DNA of 64,000 nucleotides from Bacteriovoracia bacterium (lineage in GTDB: Bacteria; Bdellovibrionota; UBA1018; CAIPTA01). The notes below the pieces were generated by a model that worked only from the letters and a program-made list of their open reading frames with translations, was not told where the DNA came from and searched no databases. The stretch is from positions 1,536,001 to 1,600,000 of the forward strand of contig JBFWVL010000001.1 in NCBI GenBank assembly GCA_050246755.1, given 5' to 3'. This document shows positions 60,601 through 64,000 of the stretch, piece after piece; the first letter of the stretch is position 1; every line of letters starts with the position of its first letter. Both the position numbers and the translations under genes were made by a program.

Positions 60601-63229
60601 CCAATTGAAAGCCAAACGTCTCGGCTATGCCATCGTGGGCGGAGCGTTGGCATGTGCCGTGCTCGCGGTTTTGATTTTCGCTTGGGCGATCCTGAATCTT
60701 CCGAAGCTCGACAATATGCAGGACTATCGCCCCTCACTCGGCAGCGTGGTGCTGGCGCGCGACGGAAAAGTGCTCGGTGAGTTCTACGATAGTGAGCGTC
60801 GCTACCTCGTGAGCATGGACGAGATTCCCGAGGTGGTGGCTAATGCCTTCATCGCGGCCGAGGACGATCATTTCTACCAGCATTCCGGCGTGGATTTTTC
60901 CGGTATCGCCCGCGCCTTTTGGGCCAACCTCAAAGCCGGGGGAGTGGTGCAAGGAGGGAGTACGATCACGATGCAGGTTTCGAAGGGACTCCTGCTCACT
61001 TCGCAGCGCACTTTCGGTCGTAAGCTCCGCGAGCTATTGCTGGCCCAGCGCGTGGAGAAAAATTTTTCCAAGCGGCAGATTCTTTATCTTTACCTAAATC
61101 ACGTCTATTTCGGCCAGCGCGCCTACGGCGTAGAAGCCGCCTCCCGCTCTTATTTCCATAAAAAGGTGAAAGACATTTCGATCGCCGAGGCCGCGCTGCT
61201 GGCGGGTCTCGTGAAGGCTCCCTCCAGCTATGCTCCTACGCGCGATCCCAACCGCGCGCGCGAACGCCAGCTCTACGTGCTGCGCCGGATGCACGAGACG
61301 AATAAGATCACCGCCGAGCAGTACAAGGCCGCGCTAGCCGAGGAGGTGCGCGTGTATCCGGAAGACAATCCGAACGCAATGATCGCGCCCTATTACCTGG
61401 AGCATCTGCGCCAGATCTTGATCGCGAAGCATGGCCAGGACGTGCTCTACCGCGGGGGCCTCGTGATCGAGGCCGCGGCCGACGCCGATCTTTCGCTCAC
61501 GGCGATGAAGGCCGTGCGGGCGAACGTGGACGAACTTGATAAGCGCCAAGGCTACCGCGGGCCGGTGGGCCATGTGTCCACTCCCGAGGGCATGGCTGAC
61601 CTACAAAAAGAAATTCACGCCGAGGTTTTCAATCGCCGCTTCGGATTCCACGTGATGCCGCTCAACCCCGAAGAGAAAATGAGCAAGGGGGTGTGGGAAG
61701 ATTATACTCGCGCCCGGCTCGCGCTTCAGGACCCTTCGCTTACCGACGAGCGGCGCCTGCTCCAGCCCTGGGAGAAGTACCGAGCCATCGTGACCAAGGT
61801 AGAGGCCGACGGGAAAAGTGCGCAGCTCATGATCGGCACCATTCCGGCTCGTCTCTCGATCGGCAATATGCGTTGGGCAAAGCGCATCAAGCCGCCGGAA
61901 ACCGCCAACTACGCCCAGATCGCGCACGTGGGAGAGGCGATCAAGGCGGGTGACGTGATTCTCGTGAAACCGATTTTGCCGCTTTCGGAAAAAACCGAAG
62001 ATCCCGTGAATGTTTCGCTCGAGCAGCATCCAATTGTGCAAAGCGCCCTGCTTAGCATGGAGGCGGCTACCGGCCACGTGGTGGCGATGGTGGGCGGTTA
62101 CGAGTTCAGCGGGTCGGAATACAACCGCGCCCTGCAGGGAGAGAGGCAGCCCGGCTCTTCGTTCAAGCCCCTGCTCTACGCGGCCGCGCTGGACAAAGGT
62201 TTCACTCCTTCTTCGATCATCGTGGATTCTCCGCTCATCTTCGAAAATCAGGGAGGCTCGAACCTGAAGTGGATTCCGGAAAACAACAGCGAGAAGTTTT
62301 ACGGCGATACCACGCTTCGCACCGCGATCATCAACTCGCGCAATATCCCGGCGGTAAAGCTTCTCCAGGAAATCGGGCTCACCTATTTCGTGAAGTACCT
62401 GCGTAGCGTGGGCATCGGGGGAGATATCAGCCCGGATCTTTCACTGGCCCTCGGATCAAAATCCATTTCCCTGCTGGACCTCACTAAAACCTACGCCCTA
62501 TTCCCTCGGCTCGGGATGCGGATCGAACCCGTATTTTTGCTCAAGGTTACCGATCGCGACGGCAAGGTTTTGGAAGAGTATTCTTATAAGGAGTTTCAGC
62601 GGGAGATGTCGGCTAAATGGCTGGCTTGGAAAGAATCCCAGAATCCCACTAAGCCTACGGACACCACAGTGACGGCGAATACCCAAACCGCCACGGCCAC
62701 CGCGACCGAGGTGACCAAAAATCCCGATCAGCCTCCTACCTTCGATGATCCTCTGCGCGCGATGGATGAGCGCACGGCTTTCGTAATGGGCAATCTCCTG
62801 CAGGAGGTGGTGCTCTACGGAACCGGAACCGGCGCCCGCACCCTGAAGCGTAAGGTGGGTGGTAAAACTGGCACCACCAACGATTTCGTGGACGCTTGGT
62901 TCATGGGGTTTTCGCCCGAACTCGTGACCGGTGTATGGACCGGTTTCGACAACCCCCGTTCCCTGGGAAAAGGCGAAGTGGGAGGCCGGGCTTCGCTGCC
63001 GGCCTGGAACGAATACATGGCCGCCGCGCTCGAGCACTATCGCGCCGATGAATACGCCGTGCCTAAGGGGATCGTTTTTGTGAGGATCGACCCTAAAACT
63101 GGCTCGCTCGCGAAGGCCGGAAATAGCGCGGGTGTGAAAGAAGCCTTCGTGGAAGGTACCGAGCCCACCCTGGAACGGCAAAATCAGCAAGCTCCTGATT
63201 CCAGTGACTTTTTTCGCGAAGACCTTTAA
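60584..63229 (+). CDS. mrcA: class A penicillin-binding protein PBP1A
   Basis: AEDDHFYQH.GVD, QGGSTITMQ, RKLRE, RQPGSSFKP, SRN, KTG. Confidence 0.95.
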   Translation: MLARISQLKAKRLGYAIVGGALACAVLAVLIFAWAILNLPKLDNMQDYRPSLGSVVLARDGKVLGEFYDSERRYLVSMDEIPEVVANAFIAAEDDHFYQHSGVDFSGIARAFWANLKAGGVVQGGSTITMQVSKGLLLTSQRTFGRKLRELLLAQRVEKNFSKRQILYLYLNHVYFGQRAYGVEAASRSYFHKKVKDISIAEAALLAGLVKAPSSYAPTRDPNRARERQLYVLRRMHETNKITAEQYKAALAEEVRVYPEDNPNAMIAPYYLEHLRQILIAKHGQDVLYRGGLVIEAAADADLSLTAMKAVRANVDELDKRQGYRGPVGHVSTPEGMADLQKEIHAEVFNRRFGFHVMPLNPEEKMSKGVWEDYTRARLALQDPSLTDERRLLQPWEKYRAIVTKVEADGKSAQLMIGTIPARLSIGNMRWAKRIKPPETANYAQIAHVGEAIKAGDVILVKPILPLSEKTEDPVNVSLEQHPIVQSALLSMEAATGHVVAMVGGYEFSGSEYNRALQGERQPGSSFKPLLYAAALDKGFTPSSIIVDSPLIFENQGGSNLKWIPENNSEKFYGDTTLRTAIINSRNIPAVKLLQEIGLTYFVKYLRSVGIGGDISPDLSLALGSKSISLLDLTKTYALFPRLGMRIEPVFLLKVTDRDGKVLEEYSYKEFQREMSAKWLAWKESQNPTKPTDTTVTANTQTATATATEVTKNPDQPPTFDDPLRAMDERTAFVMGNLLQEVVLYGTGTGARTLKRKVGGKTGTTNDFVDAWFMGFSPELVTGVWTGFDNPRSLGKGEVGGRASLPAWNEYMAAALEHYRADEYAVPKGIVFVRIDPKTGSLAKAGNSAGVKEAFVEGTEPTLERQNQQAPDSSDFFREDL

Positions 63230-63282
63230 ACGCCGCAGTTTGCTCTCAGATTACCTGGAAAATGATAGGATGAAGTCAAGAG

Positions 63283-63309
63283 AAGCGGTTCTCGAGTGAA
63301 CCGCTTTTT
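63283..63309 (+). terminator. probable rho-independent terminator
   Basis: AAGCGGTTC-TCGAGT-GAACCGCTT followed by TTT. Confidence 0.65.
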
Positions 63310-63378
63310 CTGCAAGATCACGGCGTTTTTTTTGCATCGTTGTGATCAGATTGCCGATACGTTTTGAAGGAGGGGCAT

Positions 63379-64000
63379 TTGTACCCTACGAGCATGGAAG
63401 CAAAAAGAAATCGTGAAGCACTGACGCTATTTTTAGCGCTCTCTTTGCTCGCTCATTTCGCTTTCGTGCTCACGATGTACTACGCGCGCTGGGAGCCATC
63501 GGCGCGTGCTCCTGAGGCCGTATACGTAGATCTCAATGCGCTTCCTCCCTCGGCACTCACTCCTGAGCAAGAAAAGGCCAAGCAAGTGGCCGAATCCGAC
63601 GTAGCGCCCAATACCGATATTCCTAAAGACGCGAAGTATCTTGGCGAGCGCAGCCAAACCGTAGAGGAAGAGACCAAGGCCAAGACTGTGGATCGTTTCC
63701 GCAAAGGCGGAGCCACTTCGATTGCCGGCGACGGCAAACAGCTCAGCTTGAAGGATCTCGCGCCTCCCACGAAGGCCGTAGCTCCTCCTACTAAGCTCGA
63801 GATGGAAGGCTATAAGCAAGAACAGCAAAAGCTGGCCCGCACCGAATCCGGCCGGGGCGGCACGATCGCTCCCGATAGCCAGGGTGCGGCCACCAATGAT
63901 TATTTGAAAGAAGTAAAAGACGGCGACAAGACCATGCTGAGCACGAAGGAGTTCGTGTACTTTGGTTACTACCGTCGCATCCGCGAGCGCCTGGAAGTAG
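63379..64000 (+). CDS. TonB/TolA-like energy transducer protein, runs off the right edge
   Basis: Not in ORF track. AGGAGG RBS, TTG 63379 (or ATG 63394), TM with SLLAH (SxxxH), then ATNDYL..V..GD.T.L.TKEF.Y.GYY.RIR. Confidence 0.72.
   Translation, partial: MYPTSMEAKRNREALTLFLALSLLAHFAFVLTMYYARWEPSARAPEAVYVDLNALPPSALTPEQEKAKQVAESDVAPNTDIPKDAKYLGERSQTVEEETKAKTVDRFRKGGATSIAGDGKQLSLKDLAPPTKAVAPPTKLEMEGYKQEQQKLARTESGRGGTIAPDSQGAATNDYLKEVKDGDKTMLSTKEFVYFGYYRRIRERLEV

Overview
A gene-dense, moderately GC-rich bacterial chromosomal window. Its content (Tad secretin/ATPase, many exported proteases and lipoproteins, TonB-like protein) suggests Bdellovibrionota or a related predatory deltaproteobacterial lineage; this is inference. 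Housekeeping genes: amn (partial), hpt, valS, metK, an M16 peptidase pair, lon, typA, tRNA-Val(TAC), trmO, yciB, xseB, tlyA and PBP1A. An accessory stretch follows tRNA-Val. It holds a structured ~290-bp element ending in a 22-bp copy of the tRNA 3' end, a decayed IS3, a matrixin/beta-barrel fusion and a 2751-aa lipoprotein adhesin. The adhesin has 21 Calx-beta-like repeats tipped by a phage/GTA head-spike-like domain. The best candidate for an undescribed system is a three-gene operon of exported proteins (42.7-47.5 kb). It encodes an SHGC (L,D-transpeptidase-like) protein, a helical protein, and a dikinase with glucan-water-dikinase domain order, and it is divergent from a beta-lactamase-fold lipoprotein. 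Also present: a Bacteroidetes-like CDP-alcohol/inositol-lipid-type cluster, an MBOAT-SGNH O-acylation locus and a catalytically dead patatin lipoprotein overlapping PBP1A. All homology calls come from motif recognition by eye, not database searches.
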